A stretch of DNA of 64,000 bases from an uncultured Clostridia bacterium (GCA_947304585.1 CAMZBI010000008.1:2649-66648), one strand, 5' to 3'; positions 1-10,509 are shown, counted from the first letter of the stretch. Numbers and translations: made by a program. The notes: generated from the sequence alone by a model not told the origin.

Positions 1-338
1 TCTGCAAGAGCCTTTACGCGTCCGTGGTAGGGGTAACCGCCGCGGTCGAAAACGACCTCTTTGATGCCCTTTTCAATTGCTCTTTCGCCAATCAGTTTTC
101 CGACTGCTTTTGCGGCTTCAACGTTTCCGCCGTAAGCGAACTCGTCTTTGACGGCTTTGTCAAGTGATGAAGCAGCTGCAAGGGTATGGCCCACTGAATC
201 GTCAATGATCTGCACTGAGATGTTGGCAAGACTTCTGTAAACGCAGAGTCTCGGGCGCTCGCTTGTACCAATGACTTTTTTCCTTACGCGGATATGCCTT
301 CTTTTGCGGTCCGCATTTTTATCGATCTTTTTAATCAT
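1..338 (-). CDS. rplR: 50S ribosomal protein L18 (C-terminus runs off the window)
   Basis: Minus-strand translation from ATG at 338 reads [36 protein letters not shown], typical L18. It follows rplF in spc-operon order. Confidence 0.85.
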   Translation of the reverse strand, partial: MIKKIDKNADRKRRHIRVRKKVIGTSERPRLCVYRSLANISVQIIDDSVGHTLAAASSLDKAVKDEFAYGGNVEAAKAVGKLIGERAIEKGIKEVVFDRGGYPYHGRVKALA

Positions 339-357
339 TTAAGCTGCACTCCCTTCT

Positions 358-903
358 TTACTTCTTAGCGCCGGTCTTGCCTTCTTTACGCCTTACAACC
401 TCGTAATCATACTTGATTCCCTTGCCTTTGTAAGGCTCAGGCTTACGGGTTGCGCGCACTTTGGCGGCGAATGCTCCGACAGCTTGCTTGTCAGCGCCCT
501 TGATAATGATCTTGTTCTGTGCGGGCACTTCTACTGTGATTCCCTCGGGCTCTTCAAAATCAACGGGATGGGAATAACCAACGTTGAGAGTAAGAACCTT
601 GCCGGCTTTTGATGCTCTGTAGCCGACGCCGTTGATTTCAAGGGTCTTCTGGAAGCCTTTTGTCACACCGTCAACCATATTCTGGATAAGGCTGCGGGTG
701 AGTCCGTGAAGGCTTCTGTCGAACTTGTCGTCCGAACTTCTTGAAACAACTACTGTTGCGCCTTCGACTTTGATTGTAAGTCTGTTGCTGAAGGTCTCTG
801 TGAGATGACCGTTGGGCCCTTTGACGGTAACAACGTTTCCGTCGGCAACGTCAACTGTCACTCCGGCAGGGATTGCAATCGGTTTACTTCCGATTCTTGA
901 CAT
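358..903 (-). CDS. rplF: 50S ribosomal protein L6
   Basis: ORF 358..957 trimmed to the internal [15 protein letters not shown] start, which has a GGAGGA RBS (gatcGGAGGAaagatatATG). Two L6 domains are recognisable. Confidence 0.9.
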   Translation of the reverse strand: MSRIGSKPIAIPAGVTVDVADGNVVTVKGPNGHLTETFSNRLTIKVEGATVVVSRSSDDKFDRSLHGLTRSLIQNMVDGVTKGFQKTLEINGVGYRASKAGKVLTLNVGYSHPVDFEEPEGITVEVPAQNKIIIKGADKQAVGAFAAKVRATRKPEPYKGKGIKYDYEVVRRKEGKTGAKK

Positions 904-1053
904 ATATCTTTCCTCCGATCTTAAGATTCCGAACCGCCCTTTCAAGAGGCGATCCATTTCAGATTTTTACCTCATTCGAGGTTTTATTTCAGGCGGCAGG
1001 CCCTTCCGGAACTGTCACGTTCCGGTCAAGGCTCTTTCGCCGCCGTCAATTTA

Positions 1054-1452
1054 TTACCAAACAAAAGCCATTACTTCGCCGCCCAGGCCCTCGGTCCTTG
1101 CCTTTTTATCGGTCATGATGCCGCGGGAGGTGGAAACGATAGCGATGCCGAGGCCGCCGAGAACTTTCGGAAGCTCATCTTTGGAAGCGTAAACGCGGAG
1201 ACCGGGTTTGGAGATTCTTTTGATGCCGGAGATGGCAAATCTCTTGCCGGAGACGTATTTGAGGGTGATTCTAATAACGCCCTGTTTTCCGTCGTCGATC
1301 TTCTCAACGCCTTTAACATAGCCTTCCTCGAGCAGGATCTGTGCTATCGCGCTCTTAACATTCGAAGCAGGAATGTCTACGGAAGTATGCCTTGCGGAAC
1401 CTGCATTTCTGATGCGGGTAAGCATATCAGCTACAACGTCTGTAATTTGCAT
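1054..1452 (-). CDS. rpsH: 30S ribosomal protein S8
   Basis: [17 protein letters not shown].. is the canonical S8 N-terminus. Confidence 0.9.
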   Translation of the reverse strand: MQITDVVADMLTRIRNAGSARHTSVDIPASNVKSAIAQILLEEGYVKGVEKIDDGKQGVIRITLKYVSGKRFAISGIKRISKPGLRVYASKDELPKVLGGLGIAIVSTSRGIMTDKKARTEGLGGEVMAFVW

Positions 1453-1473
1453 TTTTCATTCCTCCTTCTTTTA

Positions 1474-1659
1474 TTACCAACTGGCTTTTTTAACACCGGG
1501 GATCTGGCCCTTGTAAGCAAGCTCTCTGAAGCAGATACGGCAGATTCCGTATTTTCTCAGATAAGAATGGGGGCGGCCGCAGATCTGGCATCTTGTATAA
1601 GCTCTTGTTTTGAACTTAGGCTCTCTCTGCTGTTTAATTTTCATTGAAGTCTTTGCCAT
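1474..1659 (-). CDS. rpsZ: 30S ribosomal protein S14 type Z (zinc-binding, 61 aa)
   Basis: 61-aa protein with CxxC..CxxC ([20 protein letters not shown]), the short Zn-ribbon S14 form of Firmicutes. Confidence 0.9.
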   Translation of the reverse strand: MAKTSMKIKQQREPKFKTRAYTRCQICGRPHSYLRKYGICRICFRELAYKGQIPGVKKASW

Positions 1660-1674
1660 TATTCTTCGCCTCCT

Positions 1675-2214
1675 TTATTTCTCAAAGGGCATGCCCATAA
1701 GTTTGAGAAGCTCTTTGGCTTCTTCGTCAGTCTGTGCGGTGGTTACGAAAACGATGTCCATACCTCTTACACGGTCAACTTTATCGTACTCGATCTCAGG
1801 GAAAATAAGCTGTTCCCTGACGCCGAGAGCGTAGTTACCGCGGCCGTCAAAGGAATTTCCCGGTACGCCGTGGAAGTCTCTGATTCTCGGAAGAGCCACG
1901 TTCATAAGCTTGTCGGCGAAAACGTACATTCTGTCTTCTCTGAGAGTCACTTTGAGACCGATGTTCATACCCTCTCTGAGTTTGAACGCAGCCACGGACT
2001 TTTTGGCCTTCGTGATCACCGGAGCCTGGCCGGTGATGGCCTTGATATCCGCTGTGGCGGACTCGATGGCCTTGGGGTTCTCTTTGATCTCGCCCAGACC
2101 CATGTTGATGACGATCTTGACAAGTTTCGGAACCTGCATAATGTTCTTGTATCCGAACTTCTCCTGCATTGCCGGAACTACTTCTTTAATGTATTTTTCT
2201 TTAAGTCTTAACAT
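1675..2214 (-). CDS. rplE: 50S ribosomal protein L5
   Basis: [31 protein letters not shown].. matches L5. Position in operon is as expected. Confidence 0.9.
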   Translation of the reverse strand: MLRLKEKYIKEVVPAMQEKFGYKNIMQVPKLVKIVINMGLGEIKENPKAIESATADIKAITGQAPVITKAKKSVAAFKLREGMNIGLKVTLREDRMYVFADKLMNVALPRIRDFHGVPGNSFDGRGNYALGVREQLIFPEIEYDKVDRVRGMDIVFVTTAQTDEEAKELLKLMGMPFEK

Positions 2215-2235
2215 TATCTATACCTCCGTGCAGAA

Positions 2236-2577
2236 TTATTTCGAATCATCAGCGGTCGGGATCTCTGCGCCGCACTGTTTGCAAACGCGGACCTTCTTGT
2301 CTTTTCCTTCAACAGCCTTGATACCGGTCTTTGTGGCTTTGCCGCACTTGGGGCAGACCACCATCACGTTTGAAACGTGGATGGCCGCTTCGCGCTCTAC
2401 GATACCGCCGGAATCTCTCTGGTTGCGGGGTTTCTGATGCTTCGTTACTTTGTTTCTTCCTTCAACAACCACTCTCTGTTCCTCGGGGAGAACCTTCAGT
2501 ACTTTGCCTTTCTTGCCGGCGTCTTCGCCGGTGATGATCATTACATTGTCACCTTTTTTAATGTTTAATTTTGCCAT
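2236..2577 (-). CDS. rplX: 50S ribosomal protein L24 (with Cys4 zinc-ribbon-like C-terminal region)
   Basis: KOW-domain N-terminus MAKLNIKKGDNVMIITGEDAGKKGKV. The C-terminal hairpin carries CPKCG...CKQCG. Confidence 0.85.
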   Translation of the reverse strand: MAKLNIKKGDNVMIITGEDAGKKGKVLKVLPEEQRVVVEGRNKVTKHQKPRNQRDSGGIVEREAAIHVSNVMVVCPKCGKATKTGIKAVEGKDKKVRVCKQCGAEIPTADDSK

Positions 2578-2591
2578 TTCACACCTCCAGA

Positions 2592-2960
2592 TCAGAGAAC
2601 CTCGGGGGCAAGAGAGACGATCTTCATGTAATCTTTGTCTCTGAGCTCTCTTGCAACAGGCCCAAAAATACGTGTTCCGCGAGGCGTGAGGTCGTCCTTG
2701 ATAAGGACTGCCGCGTTCTCGTCAAATCTGATATACGTGCCGTCGTTTCTTCTGACGCCCCTCTTGGTGCGTACGACAACGCATTTCACAACGTCGCCCT
2801 TCTTCACCATTCCGCCGGGAGCCGCATTCTTAACGGAGCAAATGATGGTGTCGCCGATATTGGCGTATCTTCTTCTGCTGCCGCCGATAACTTTGATGCA
2901 CATAAGTTCCTTTGCGCCGGTATTGTCAGCAACCTTAAGTCTTGTTTGTACTTGTATCAT
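2592..2960 (-). CDS. rplN: 50S ribosomal protein L14
   Basis: [24 protein letters not shown].. is the canonical L14. Confidence 0.9.
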   Translation of the reverse strand: MIQVQTRLKVADNTGAKELMCIKVIGGSRRRYANIGDTIICSVKNAAPGGMVKKGDVVKCVVVRTKRGVRRNDGTYIRFDENAAVLIKDDLTPRGTRIFGPVARELRDKDYMKIVSLAPEVL

Positions 2961-2978
2961 TACGAACCCTCCTTAAAA

Positions 2979-3236
2979 TTACTTCGCCTTCTCGATTATC
3001 TGAACCAGTCTCCAGCGTTTGTCTTTGCTGATGGGACGGGTCTCCATAACCATAACGGTATCACCGATTCCGGCGTCGTTGTTCTCATCGTGAGCCTTAA
3101 GCTTGTAGGTCGTCTTAACGATCTTCTTGTAAAGGGGGTGCTTAACGCTGTCAACGACCGCAACTACGATAGTCTTGTCCATTTTATCACTGACTACTCT
3201 TCCGACACGGGTCTTTCTCAAATTTCTATCAGACAT
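2979..3236 (-). CDS. rpsQ: 30S ribosomal protein S17
   Basis: 85 aa, [19 protein letters not shown].. matches S17. Confidence 0.9.
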   Translation of the reverse strand: MSDRNLRKTRVGRVVSDKMDKTIVVAVVDSVKHPLYKKIVKTTYKLKAHDENNDAGIGDTVMVMETRPISKDKRWRLVQIIEKAK

Positions 3237-3254
3237 GTGTAATCAACCTCCTTC

Positions 3255-3461
3255 TTAAGCTTCTTTACTCTTCTTGCTAATAGCCGTCTTCACTCTTGCG
3301 ATGTCGCGCTTGACAAGCCTTACCTGAAGCGGGTTCTCCATATAGGTGGTTACCTGCTGGAAACGGAGTTTGAAAAGTTCCTTTTTGAGTTCTTCTTCCT
3401 CTTTCAGAAGCTCTTCAAGAGTCATTCCGGCCAGTTTCTCGTTGTAATCTTTAGCCTTCAT
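3255..3461 (-). CDS. rpmC: 50S ribosomal protein L29
   Basis: 68 aa, [21 protein letters not shown].. matches L29. Confidence 0.85.
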   Translation of the reverse strand: MKAKDYNEKLAGMTLEELLKEEEELKKELFKLRFQQVTTYMENPLQVRLVKRDIARVKTAISKKSKEA

Positions 3462-3897
3462 TGGATTCTACCTCACTTTCAGCGGGCTCCTCTTCCCTGG
3501 CAATGATCTTGCACTTGATGGGGAGCTTGTATGCGGCAAGCCTTAAAGCTTCGCGGGCTGTAGCCTCGTCAACGCCGGCGATCTCGAACAGAACTCTGTC
3601 GGGTTTGACTACCGCTACCCAGTACTCAGGGGAGCCTTTTCCGGAACCCATTCGAGTCTCGGCAGGTTTCTTCGTCACAGGTTTGTCGGGGAATATCTTG
3701 ATCCAAACCTTACCGCCTCTTTTAACATAACGGTTGATGGCAATACGGGCAGCCTCGATCTGGTTTCCGGTGATCCAGCCGCACTCTGCCGCCTGAAGTC
3801 CGTACTCGCCGTAAGAGACCTTGTTTCCGCGGTAAGCTCTTCCGGTCATTCTGCCTCTCTGCTGTTTTCTGTGTTTAACTCTCTTAGGAAGTAACAT
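3451..3897 (-). CDS. rplP: 50S ribosomal protein L16
   Basis: ORF trimmed to [17 protein letters not shown] (ATG at 3897, overlapping the rpsC stop), the canonical L16 start. Confidence 0.88.
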   Translation of the reverse strand: MLLPKRVKHRKQQRGRMTGRAYRGNKVSYGEYGLQAAECGWITGNQIEAARIAINRYVKRGGKVWIKIFPDKPVTKKPAETRMGSGKGSPEYWVAVVKPDRVLFEIAGVDEATAREALRLAAYKLPIKCKIIAREEEPAESEVESNEG

Positions 3898-4556
3898 TAA
3901 TTTGCGCCTCCTTCTGTCTTTTTGGGTGCGGGAAGCACCTCGCCCTTGTAGATCCAAACCTTGACGCCAATTCTTCCGTAGGTGGTCTTCGCCTCGGCAA
4001 AACCGTAGTCAATGTCTGCTCTCAGGGTCTGCAGCGGGATGGTTCCCTCGTGGTAGTGCTCTGTACGGGCAATTTCTGCTCCGCCGAGACGGCCGCTGCA
4101 AGCTGTTTTGATACCCCGGGCGCCGGCTTTCATGGCTCTGATCATGACCTGCTTCATAGCTCTTCTGAAAGCTACGCGCTTCTCGAGCTGAGCCGCAATG
4201 TCCTCTGCGCAGAGCTGTGCGCTGAGATCTCTCTGTTTGACTTCGAAGATGTTAACGATAACGTCTCTGCCGGTGAGGTCTTTGAGTTCGCTTACGAGGA
4301 TCTCCTTGTTCGCGCCCTTCTGGCCGATAAGCATACCGGGTTTCGCAACGTCGATGTTGACAGTGAGTTTGTTGTTCTGTCTCTCGATTCTGATCTTGGC
4401 GATTCCGGCGTCAAAATACTTGTTTTTGATGAAGTTTCTGACTTTGTTGTCTTCTACGAGGAATACGGAATACTCTTTCTTTCCGGCATACCATTTGGAA
4501 TCCCAATCCTTAATAATGCCGACTCTCAGTCCGTGAGGATTAACTTTCTGTCCCAT
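3897..4556 (-). CDS. rpsC: 30S ribosomal protein S3
   Basis: [24 protein letters not shown].. with KH domain, matches S3. Confidence 0.9.
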   Translation of the reverse strand: MGQKVNPHGLRVGIIKDWDSKWYAGKKEYSVFLVEDNKVRNFIKNKYFDAGIAKIRIERQNNKLTVNIDVAKPGMLIGQKGANKEILVSELKDLTGRDVIVNIFEVKQRDLSAQLCAEDIAAQLEKRVAFRRAMKQVMIRAMKAGARGIKTACSGRLGGAEIARTEHYHEGTIPLQTLRADIDYGFAEAKTTYGRIGVKVWIYKGEVLPAPKKTEGGAN

Positions 4557-4559
4557 GGT

Positions 4560-5048
4560 TTATGCCTCCTCTTCGATCTTCTCTTTTAACACCACTGTGA
4601 TGTGGCTGGTCCTCTTGTTTATCCTGTTGCCCCTTCCGCGGGAAACCGGCTGCATTCTCTTCAGGATCGAACCGCAGTCTGCGTATGCTTCCGCAACGTA
4701 AAGTCTGTCAGGATTGAGACCGAAGTTATTGACGGCATTGGCCTCGGCGGATCTCAAGAGTTTGTAGATCATCTCGGATGCTGCCTTGGGTGTGTAGCGG
4801 ACAATTGCGTACGCTTCGTCAATCGGTTTGCCTTTGATGAGGTCGAGAACTATTTTTGCTTTTCTGGGAGCCACGCCTGCAAATCTCAGAACGGCCTTGC
4901 CCTGGTCTCTGCCGATGCCAAGGAGCTTGCGCTCTCTCTTGGTGAGTACCGGAAGCTTTTTGTTCTTCGGAGTTGCTTCGCTGTAAGCAGCCAGCAGTTC
5001 GTCACGCTTCTGGAGGAGTTCCTCTTCAGTGAATTTCTTTCTTCCCAT
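4560..5048 (-). CDS. rplV: 50S ribosomal protein L22 (about 50-aa N-terminal extension)
   Basis: C-terminal 110 aa is canonical L22 (..AVLRFAGVAPRKAKIVLDLIKGK..YADCGSILKRMQPVSRGRGNRINKRTSHITVV). No in-frame ATG/GTG/TTG exists nearer the core, so the extension appears genuine. Confidence 0.8.
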   Translation of the reverse strand: MGRKKFTEEELLQKRDELLAAYSEATPKNKKLPVLTKRERKLLGIGRDQGKAVLRFAGVAPRKAKIVLDLIKGKPIDEAYAIVRYTPKAASEMIYKLLRSAEANAVNNFGLNPDRLYVAEAYADCGSILKRMQPVSRGRGNRINKRTSHITVVLKEKIEEEA

Positions 5049-5066
5049 GAAAATATCCTCCCTTCA

Positions 5067-5348
5067 TCACTTCTTGCCGCCGGACTTTTCGCTCTTGGCG
5101 TGTCCGCGGAATGTTCTGGTCATTGCAAACTCACCGAGCTTGTGACCGACCATTTCTTCGTTAATGTAGACCGGAACGTGCTTCCTTCCGTCGTGGACGG
5201 CAATCGTGTGTCCCACCATCTGAGGGAATATTGTGGAAGCTCTGGACCAGGTTTTAATAACGACTTTTTCGTTTTTCTCGTTCATGGCTTCGATCCTGGC
5301 CAGCAGTTTCTTGTCAACGAACGGTCCTTTTTTCAATGATCTGCTCAT
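5067..5348 (-). CDS. rpsS: 30S ribosomal protein S19
   Basis: [34 protein letters not shown] matches S19. Confidence 0.9.
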   Translation of the reverse strand: MSRSLKKGPFVDKKLLARIEAMNEKNEKVVIKTWSRASTIFPQMVGHTIAVHDGRKHVPVYINEEMVGHKLGEFAMTRTFRGHAKSEKSGGKK

Positions 5349-5365
5349 GATTAGTCCTCCATCGC

Positions 5366-6199
5366 TTACTTAGCGTTCCTTCTTCTCACAATGTACTTGT
5401 CGGAAGCCTTGTTCTTCTTTCTCGTCTTGTATCCGAGAGCAGGCTTGCCCCAAGGTGTAACAGGGCTCGGCATACCGACAGGTGATTTTCCTTCTCCACC
5501 ACCGTGAGGGTGATCGTTCGGGTTCATTACGACACCGCGGACCGTAGGCCTTATGCCCATCCATCTCTTGCGTCCGGCTTTACCGATCTTGATGTTCTCA
5601 TGCTCGGCATTTCCGACCGTTCCGATAGTTGCTTTGCAGTTAAGAGGGATCATTCTTACTTCGCCCGACCCGAGTCTGAGCTGCGCAAATCCGTTCTCTT
5701 TAGCCATCAGCTGAGCGGAAGCGCCGGCGGATCTTGCCAGCTGGCCGCCCTTGCCCGGTTTCATCTCAACACTGTGGACGAGAGTACCGAGGGGGATGTT
5801 CTCGAGAGGAAGCGTGTTTCCGGGTTTGATGTCGGCATTTGCTCCGGATACGACCGTGTCGCCGACTTTCAGTCCCTGGGGATGAAGGATGTAAGACTTT
5901 GTTCCGTCCGCATAGCAGAGCAGTGCGATGTTCGCGCTTCTGTTGGGGTCGTACTCGATGGCAACGACTTTTGCGGGCATATCCGTCTTATTGCGCTTGA
6001 AGTCAATGATTCTGTATTTTCTCTTGGCTCCGCCGCCGTGATGTCTTACGGTGATCTTTCCGTAGGAGTTGCGTCCGGCAGTCTTCTTTACAGGAGCCAG
6101 CAGTGATTTAACGCTGCTCTTTCCGGTGATTTCGGCGAAATCTGAAACAGTCATGCCTCTTCTTCCCGGAGTTGTAGGATTGTATTTTTTAATACCCAT
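5366..6199 (-). CDS. rplB: 50S ribosomal protein L2
   Basis: 277 aa, [30 protein letters not shown] matches L2. Confidence 0.92.
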   Translation of the reverse strand: MGIKKYNPTTPGRRGMTVSDFAEITGKSSVKSLLAPVKKTAGRNSYGKITVRHHGGGAKRKYRIIDFKRNKTDMPAKVVAIEYDPNRSANIALLCYADGTKSYILHPQGLKVGDTVVSGANADIKPGNTLPLENIPLGTLVHSVEMKPGKGGQLARSAGASAQLMAKENGFAQLRLGSGEVRMIPLNCKATIGTVGNAEHENIKIGKAGRKRWMGIRPTVRGVVMNPNDHPHGGGEGKSPVGMPSPVTPWGKPALGYKTRKKNKASDKYIVRRRNAK

Positions 6200-6218
6200 T
6201 CTATGTTACCTCCCCGTA

Positions 6219-6575
6219 TCAATCGCCAAAATCTTCGATGGTGGTCTTGTATTTCCTGCCGGATTTGACGGCCTTTCCGCCTTTTCCGATGTAGGAAACT
6301 TCGCCTGCGTTCTGGTCGATCTTAACGATCGCTTTCTTGTAGCTGGGCTGTCTTCCCTCAACCACACCTGAATTCTGACGGCGAACCTTCTTCTTTCCGT
6401 CATAATTAATGGTGTTTACGGAAATGACCTTCACTTCAAACAGGCTTTCCACAGCTTTTTTGATATCGATCTTCGTTGCATCTTTGGCAACGATGAAGGT
6501 ATATTTGCCTTCAGCATTGGCTGCGGCAGATTTTTCGCTCTTAAGCGGGCGAATGATTATCTCATAATCTTTCAT
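6219..6575 (-). CDS. rplW: 50S ribosomal protein L23 (C-terminal extension)
   Basis: [16 protein letters not shown].. is the L23 fold. 118 aa versus the usual ~95. Confidence 0.85.
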   Translation of the reverse strand: MKDYEIIIRPLKSEKSAAANAEGKYTFIVAKDATKIDIKKAVESLFEVKVISVNTINYDGKKKVRRQNSGVVEGRQPSYKKAIVKIDQNAGEVSYIGKGGKAVKSGRKYKTTIEDFGD

Positions 6576-7198
6576 GCGTACACCTCCGACAGTTTGGACA
6601 GCGCATCCTTCGTTACAACGAATTTCTCGTGGCGAAGAATGTCGTATACGTTGATGGTGCCGACGAACGTTGTGTCGATGCCGGGAATGTTTCTCGCAGA
6701 CTTGACAACGGTGTTGTCAGCTTCGGCTGTGACGATGAGAGCGCTTGTCTCGATCTTGAGAGCCTTCAACATCTCAACGATTTTCTTTGTCTTGATTTCA
6801 TCGAGTTCCAGCTTGTCAAGTACTATAACAGCTTCAGACTGGGCTCTTGAGGAAAGTGCTGAAAGCATCGCAAGACGTCTGACTTTGTTATTTACCTTGA
6901 ATCTGTAGCTTCTCGGCTTCGGAGCAAATATGATTCCGCCGTGGATCCACTGTGCCGAACGGGTCGATCCCTGACGGGCTCTTCCTGTGCCCTTCTGTCT
7001 CCAGGGTTTCTTTCCGCCGCCGCTGACTTCGCTCTTTGTCTTAGCGGACTGGGTGCCCTGGCGTCTGTTTGCCAGCGTGTTAACCACAACAGTGTGGATC
7101 GCAGTGGCGTTGGGCTCTATACCGAATACTTTTTCATCAAGGGTGATCTCCTCGATGAACTCGCCATTCATGTTATAAACTTTTGCAGTAGCCATCAT
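6572..7198 (-). CDS. rplD: 50S ribosomal protein L4
   Basis: 208 aa. [19 protein letters not shown] motif and operon position match L4. Confidence 0.9.
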   Translation of the reverse strand: MMATAKVYNMNGEFIEEITLDEKVFGIEPNATAIHTVVVNTLANRRQGTQSAKTKSEVSGGGKKPWRQKGTGRARQGSTRSAQWIHGGIIFAPKPRSYRFKVNNKVRRLAMLSALSSRAQSEAVIVLDKLELDEIKTKKIVEMLKALKIETSALIVTAEADNTVVKSARNIPGIDTTFVGTINVYDILRHEKFVVTKDALSKLSEVYA

Positions 7199-7209
7199 TC
7201 TTCCTCCTT

Positions 7210-7842
7210 TTAAGCTTTAACGGAATCCGTTATCTCAAGAAGACTGCCCTTAGGTCCGGGGACAGCGCCCTTGATGAGAAGAAGATTTCTCTCGGCATCA
7301 ACTTTAACGATCGTGAGATTCTGCACGGTGACTCTCTCGCTGCCCATGTGTCCGGGCATTTTCTTTCCGGGCATTACGCGGCCGGGGTCCGTGTTGGGTC
7401 CCATTGAACCTACGCCTCTGTGGTACTTTGAGCCGTGGCTCTTGGGTCCGATCTTCTGGCCGTGACGCTTGATAGCGCCGGCAAAGCCTTTGCCCTTTGA
7501 AGTACCGCTGACGTCAACAGCATCTCCGTCGGAGAAAACGCTGACATCGATGTCGCTGCCAACGTCGTAGGCATCAACACTGTCGGGTTTGAACTCGCAA
7601 AGATACTTGTAGCCGTATTCAAGACTGATCTTCTTATAAACGCCTGCTTCCGGCTTATTGAGCTTCTCAAGATTTACCTGCTCAAAACCGATCTTAACGG
7701 CGTTGTAGCCGTCGGATTCAACTGTTTTCTTCTGAATAACTTTGCAGGGACCCGCCAACACAACGGTAACGGGGGTGCAGGAACCGTCTTCAGAGAAAAT
7801 CTGAGTCATACCGACTTTTGTTCCCAAAACAAATTTCTCCAT
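7210..7842 (-). CDS. rplC: 50S ribosomal protein L3
   Basis: 210 aa, LGTKVGMTQIF.. matches L3. RBS AAGGAGG precedes the ATG. Confidence 0.9.
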   Translation of the reverse strand: MEKFVLGTKVGMTQIFSEDGSCTPVTVVLAGPCKVIQKKTVESDGYNAVKIGFEQVNLEKLNKPEAGVYKKISLEYGYKYLCEFKPDSVDAYDVGSDIDVSVFSDGDAVDVSGTSKGKGFAGAIKRHGQKIGPKSHGSKYHRGVGSMGPNTDPGRVMPGKKMPGHMGSERVTVQNLTIVKVDAERNLLLIKGAVPGPKGSLLEITDSVKA

Positions 7843-7970
7843 TTTTTACCTCCTTGGTTATTGGTTCGGACTTCCGAACTTGACCTTGCCGTCCCTTTGG
7901 GGAGCGGCAGTTTGCGCGACCGGGGAACTTTGGGTTATTCCGTACGGCCTTCGCCTTTTTGTGTTAAGCA
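7843..7970 (-). promoter_or_regulatory. unusually long (128 nt) structured rpsJ–rplC intercistronic spacer
   Basis: Minus-sense RNA contains a perfect 6-bp/4-nt-loop hairpin GTTCGGaagtCCGAAC just 5' of the rplC RBS. It also contains the palindrome CCGTACGG and hairpin GTTAAacattaatgcTTAAC. Confidence 0.35.
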
Positions 7971-8285
7971 TTAATGTTTAACACTCATTTCGATCTCGAC
8001 ACCTGCGGGGATGTCAAGTTTCATCAACGCGTCAACAGTTGCCTTGGAAGGCATAACGACGTCGATAAGTCTCTTGTGGGTCCTGAGCTCAAACTGCTCT
8101 CTGGAATCCTTATACTTATGAACAGCGCGGAGGATCGTAACAACTTCCTTCTCTGTGGGGAGCGGAATGGGTCCCGAAACAAGGGAACCTGTCCTGCGGG
8201 CAGTGTCAACGATCTTCTGAGCTGACTGATCAAGCAGCTGGTAATCGTAAGATTTCAATTTGATTCTCAATTTCTGTTTAGCCAT
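7971..8285 (-). CDS. rpsJ: 30S ribosomal protein S10
   Basis: 104 aa, [22 protein letters not shown].. is the canonical S10. First gene of the S10 operon. Confidence 0.92.
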   Translation of the reverse strand: MAKQKLRIKLKSYDYQLLDQSAQKIVDTARRTGSLVSGPIPLPTEKEVVTILRAVHKYKDSREQFELRTHKRLIDVVMPSKATVDALMKLDIPAGVEIEMSVKH

Positions 8286-8616
8286 TTTTTTACTCCTTTA
8301 TAGATGACATTCTTTGGCAACCTTGTACACGCTACCGGGTGTTGATTCGTCTGAGCATAAAAAAATCAAATTGAATTATCAACCTTATCCGGATGATTTC
8401 AACCTGGTTTACTGCACAAAGAAAAAACGCTTTTCGCTATACAGTGACACGCCGCCCGGTTTCTCTGAACCGGACATTCTCCGTCTGAGTTACCTGCATC
8501 TCATCTCTTCGGTTCTTCGGAATCGCGTCTGTTGATCGGACTTTCACGCTCCGGATCCCCGTAAAAACAACTGCAGCAATCTCAAACTTCCTCGTCTGTC
8601 AGGCCACACGGCGTGC

Positions 8617-8645
8617 ATTTTACCACACCTGAAAATATTATGCAA
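8617..8645 (-). promoter_or_regulatory. sigma-A-type promoter of the S10 operon (TTGCAT-17-TGgTAAAAT), about 330-nt leader
   Basis: Minus-strand reading gives TTGCATaatattttcaggtgtggTAAAAT. The -35 is at 8640-8645, the -10 at 8617-8622, with an extended TG. Confidence 0.55.
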
Positions 8646-8729
8646 GTATTTTTTTCAACTTTTCCAAAAAAAAATTCATATGAATTTTTGCGCATTTTTA
8701 CCGCTGTTTTGCCCTCTTACCCGGAAAAA

Positions 8730-8765
8730 CGGAAACCCCCGGGCTTGTCCTCCGGGGGCTTTTAA
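8730..8765 (-). terminator. rho-independent terminator after the ABC exporter operon (partly bidirectional)
   Basis: GC hairpin cccccgg/ccggggg at 8736-8759, followed on the minus strand by TTTCCGTTTTTCC. It lies about 30 nt past the permease stop. Confidence 0.6.
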
Positions 8766-8789
8766 CATTGGCAAGTCTGCACCTTTTAT

Positions 8790-9542
8790 CTATTTTGTTC
8801 TCATCTTTCTTCTGAATACGATCACCGCCGCCGCAAACACAAGGACCGTGTAGCCGAGAACGATGCCGAGTGGAACGAGGAAATCACTCACAGGATTCGA
8901 AATACCGTTCACCGTGTTCTGCACAAGCATTGTCGCGTTTTTGAAGGGCAGCACCTTCATCACGGTTATCATTGCGCCGTTAAGGCCCTCCGTCGGGAAC
9001 CACATGCCCGAGAGGACCGATTGGCCCGAGATCACAATGGCAGCTATGCCGCCAATGGATTTTTCGTTGCAGATGCAGCCGAAAAGGATGCCCGCCCCGA
9101 TAAAGAAAAGAGAAGTCACAAGGCTCACCGGTATCGCGAGCAGCATGCCGGGGCCGAACAGCGACGGATCTATCACGCCGCCCACAAGGAAAAACAGTAC
9201 CGACTGGACCAGCGTCAGGGGCAGCACCGACAGCGCATAAGAGAAAATAAACTCGAAAGACCTTGCCTCGGAGACGTAGAGCCTGGTGAGGAAGGACGTT
9301 GCCCTGTCCATGGAAATGAGAAGCCCCGTAAAGAGGGTCAGGAATGCCTGGGCGAACACCACTATGCCCGGCGCCAGGTATTTCATTTGAAACTGGGCAG
9401 TCAGATTGTGGAATATAAAGTAAAACAGAACCTCCATTACCAGGGGCAGCGCGATCATGAATATCAGCGACAGCGGGTCTCTTATTATCTCTTTTATATT
9501 TCTTCCCGTAAGGGCAGCGGTTCTTGCAAAAGATCTACGCAT
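8790..9542 (-). CDS. ABC-2 type transporter permease
   Basis: Six predicted TM segments. Start moved to ATG 9542 (MRRSFARTAALTGRN..) with RBS GGGAGGTG; it overlaps the stop of the upstream ATPase. Confidence 0.7.
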   Translation of the reverse strand: MRRSFARTAALTGRNIKEIIRDPLSLIFMIALPLVMEVLFYFIFHNLTAQFQMKYLAPGIVVFAQAFLTLFTGLLISMDRATSFLTRLYVSEARSFEFIFSYALSVLPLTLVQSVLFFLVGGVIDPSLFGPGMLLAIPVSLVTSLFFIGAGILFGCICNEKSIGGIAAIVISGQSVLSGMWFPTEGLNGAMITVMKVLPFKNATMLVQNTVNGISNPVSDFLVPLGIVLGYTVLVFAAAVIVFRRKMRTK

Positions 9543-10269
9543 CACGCTCACCTCCCGAAACAAGTTCAATAAAACTGTCTTCTACGTTGGCCTTGCCGGT
9601 TCTTTCGTAGAGTTCCTCCTTGGTGCCCACAAAGAGCAGCCTGCCGTCCTTCATCACGCCGATTCTGTCGGAGAGAGCTTCAGCCTCCTCCATGTAGTGG
9701 GTGGTGAGAATTATCGTCATATCCGATCTCAGACTGCGGATCGTATTCCAGAGTTCCCGGCGGGCAATAACGTCAAGGCCAAGCGTCGGCTCATCCAGGA
9801 AAAGTACCTTGGGTTTTGTGACCAGCGCCAATGCAATCGACAGTTTCCTCTGCCAGCCCCCGGACAGCTTGGAGGCCTGTTTTTTTGCAACTTTCTCAAG
9901 GCCGAAGGCGCCGTAGATCTCTTTTTTAACTTTTTCGATCTCTTCCCTCTGAAGGCCTGAAAGGCGGGCGTAGAACTCAATATTCTCCTCCACGGTGAGC
10001 TTTCTCGCCACGGCTGTCTCCTGCATTGAAATATCCACCAGTTTTTTCACGCCTGCCGGATCCCGTGTCACGGAGGTACCGAAAATGAGTGCGTCTCCGG
10101 ACGTGGGTTTCGTCAAGGTTGCCAGCATCTTAATCGTGGTGGTCTTCCCCGCACCGTTCACGCCCAGCAGTGAAAAGAGTTCACCCTCTTCGATCTCCAG
10201 GTTCAGTCCCTCCACCGCCACCACGTCTTTGTATTCTTTTCTCAGATCATTGATCTTTATCGCCGTCAT
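9535..10269 (-). CDS. ABC transporter ATP-binding protein
   Basis: Walker A GVNGAGKTTT, signature LSGGWQRKLS, Walker B LFLDEPT. Start MTAIKINDLRKEY has RBS GGGAGGTG. Confidence 0.85.
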   Translation of the reverse strand: MTAIKINDLRKEYKDVVAVEGLNLEIEEGELFSLLGVNGAGKTTTIKMLATLTKPTSGDALIFGTSVTRDPAGVKKLVDISMQETAVARKLTVEENIEFYARLSGLQREEIEKVKKEIYGAFGLEKVAKKQASKLSGGWQRKLSIALALVTKPKVLFLDEPTLGLDVIARRELWNTIRSLRSDMTIILTTHYMEEAEALSDRIGVMKDGRLLFVGTKEELYERTGKANVEDSFIELVSGGERDA

Positions 10270-10468
10270 CGGCAAACACACCTCCCATCAGTGCATAAAA
10301 TGCATCGTCTTTCACCAGGGCAAGGCCTTTTTGCCTGTCGCCCATCACCATCAGCGTGTCCCCCTCTTTTATGTTGAACATCTGCCTTGCGGCGTTGGGG
10401 ATGGTGATCTGCCCTTTGGGGCCCACTTTTACGCTGACTATGAAGCGGTCTTCGTTGGTGATCTTCAT
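10247..10468 (-). CDS. AbrB/MazE/SpoVT-family DNA-binding protein (73 aa)
   Basis: MKITNEDRFIVSVKVGPKGQITIPNAARQMFNIKEGD is a swapped-hairpin AbrB-type domain. RBS GAGGAGG. The upstream part of the listed ORF is trimmed. Confidence 0.6.
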   Translation of the reverse strand: MKITNEDRFIVSVKVGPKGQITIPNAARQMFNIKEGDTLMVMGDRQKGLALVKDDAFYALMGGVFADDGDKDQ

Positions 10469-10509
10469 TGTTATTGTCTGCCTCCTCTTACATTTCTTAT
10501 TTTTCTTAC

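Noticed and set aside
812-7670. Numerous plus-strand ORFs (e.g. 812..1192, 2571..3242, 4602..5339, 5504..6106) antisense to ribosomal protein genes
   Set aside because: They overlap highly conserved r-protein genes on the opposite strand, have low-complexity translations and no RBS. They are typical GC-rich antisense artefacts.
8314-8535. 73-aa plus-strand ORF in the S10-operon leader
   Set aside because: It lies within the 5' UTR of the minus-strand S10 operon and has no RBS.
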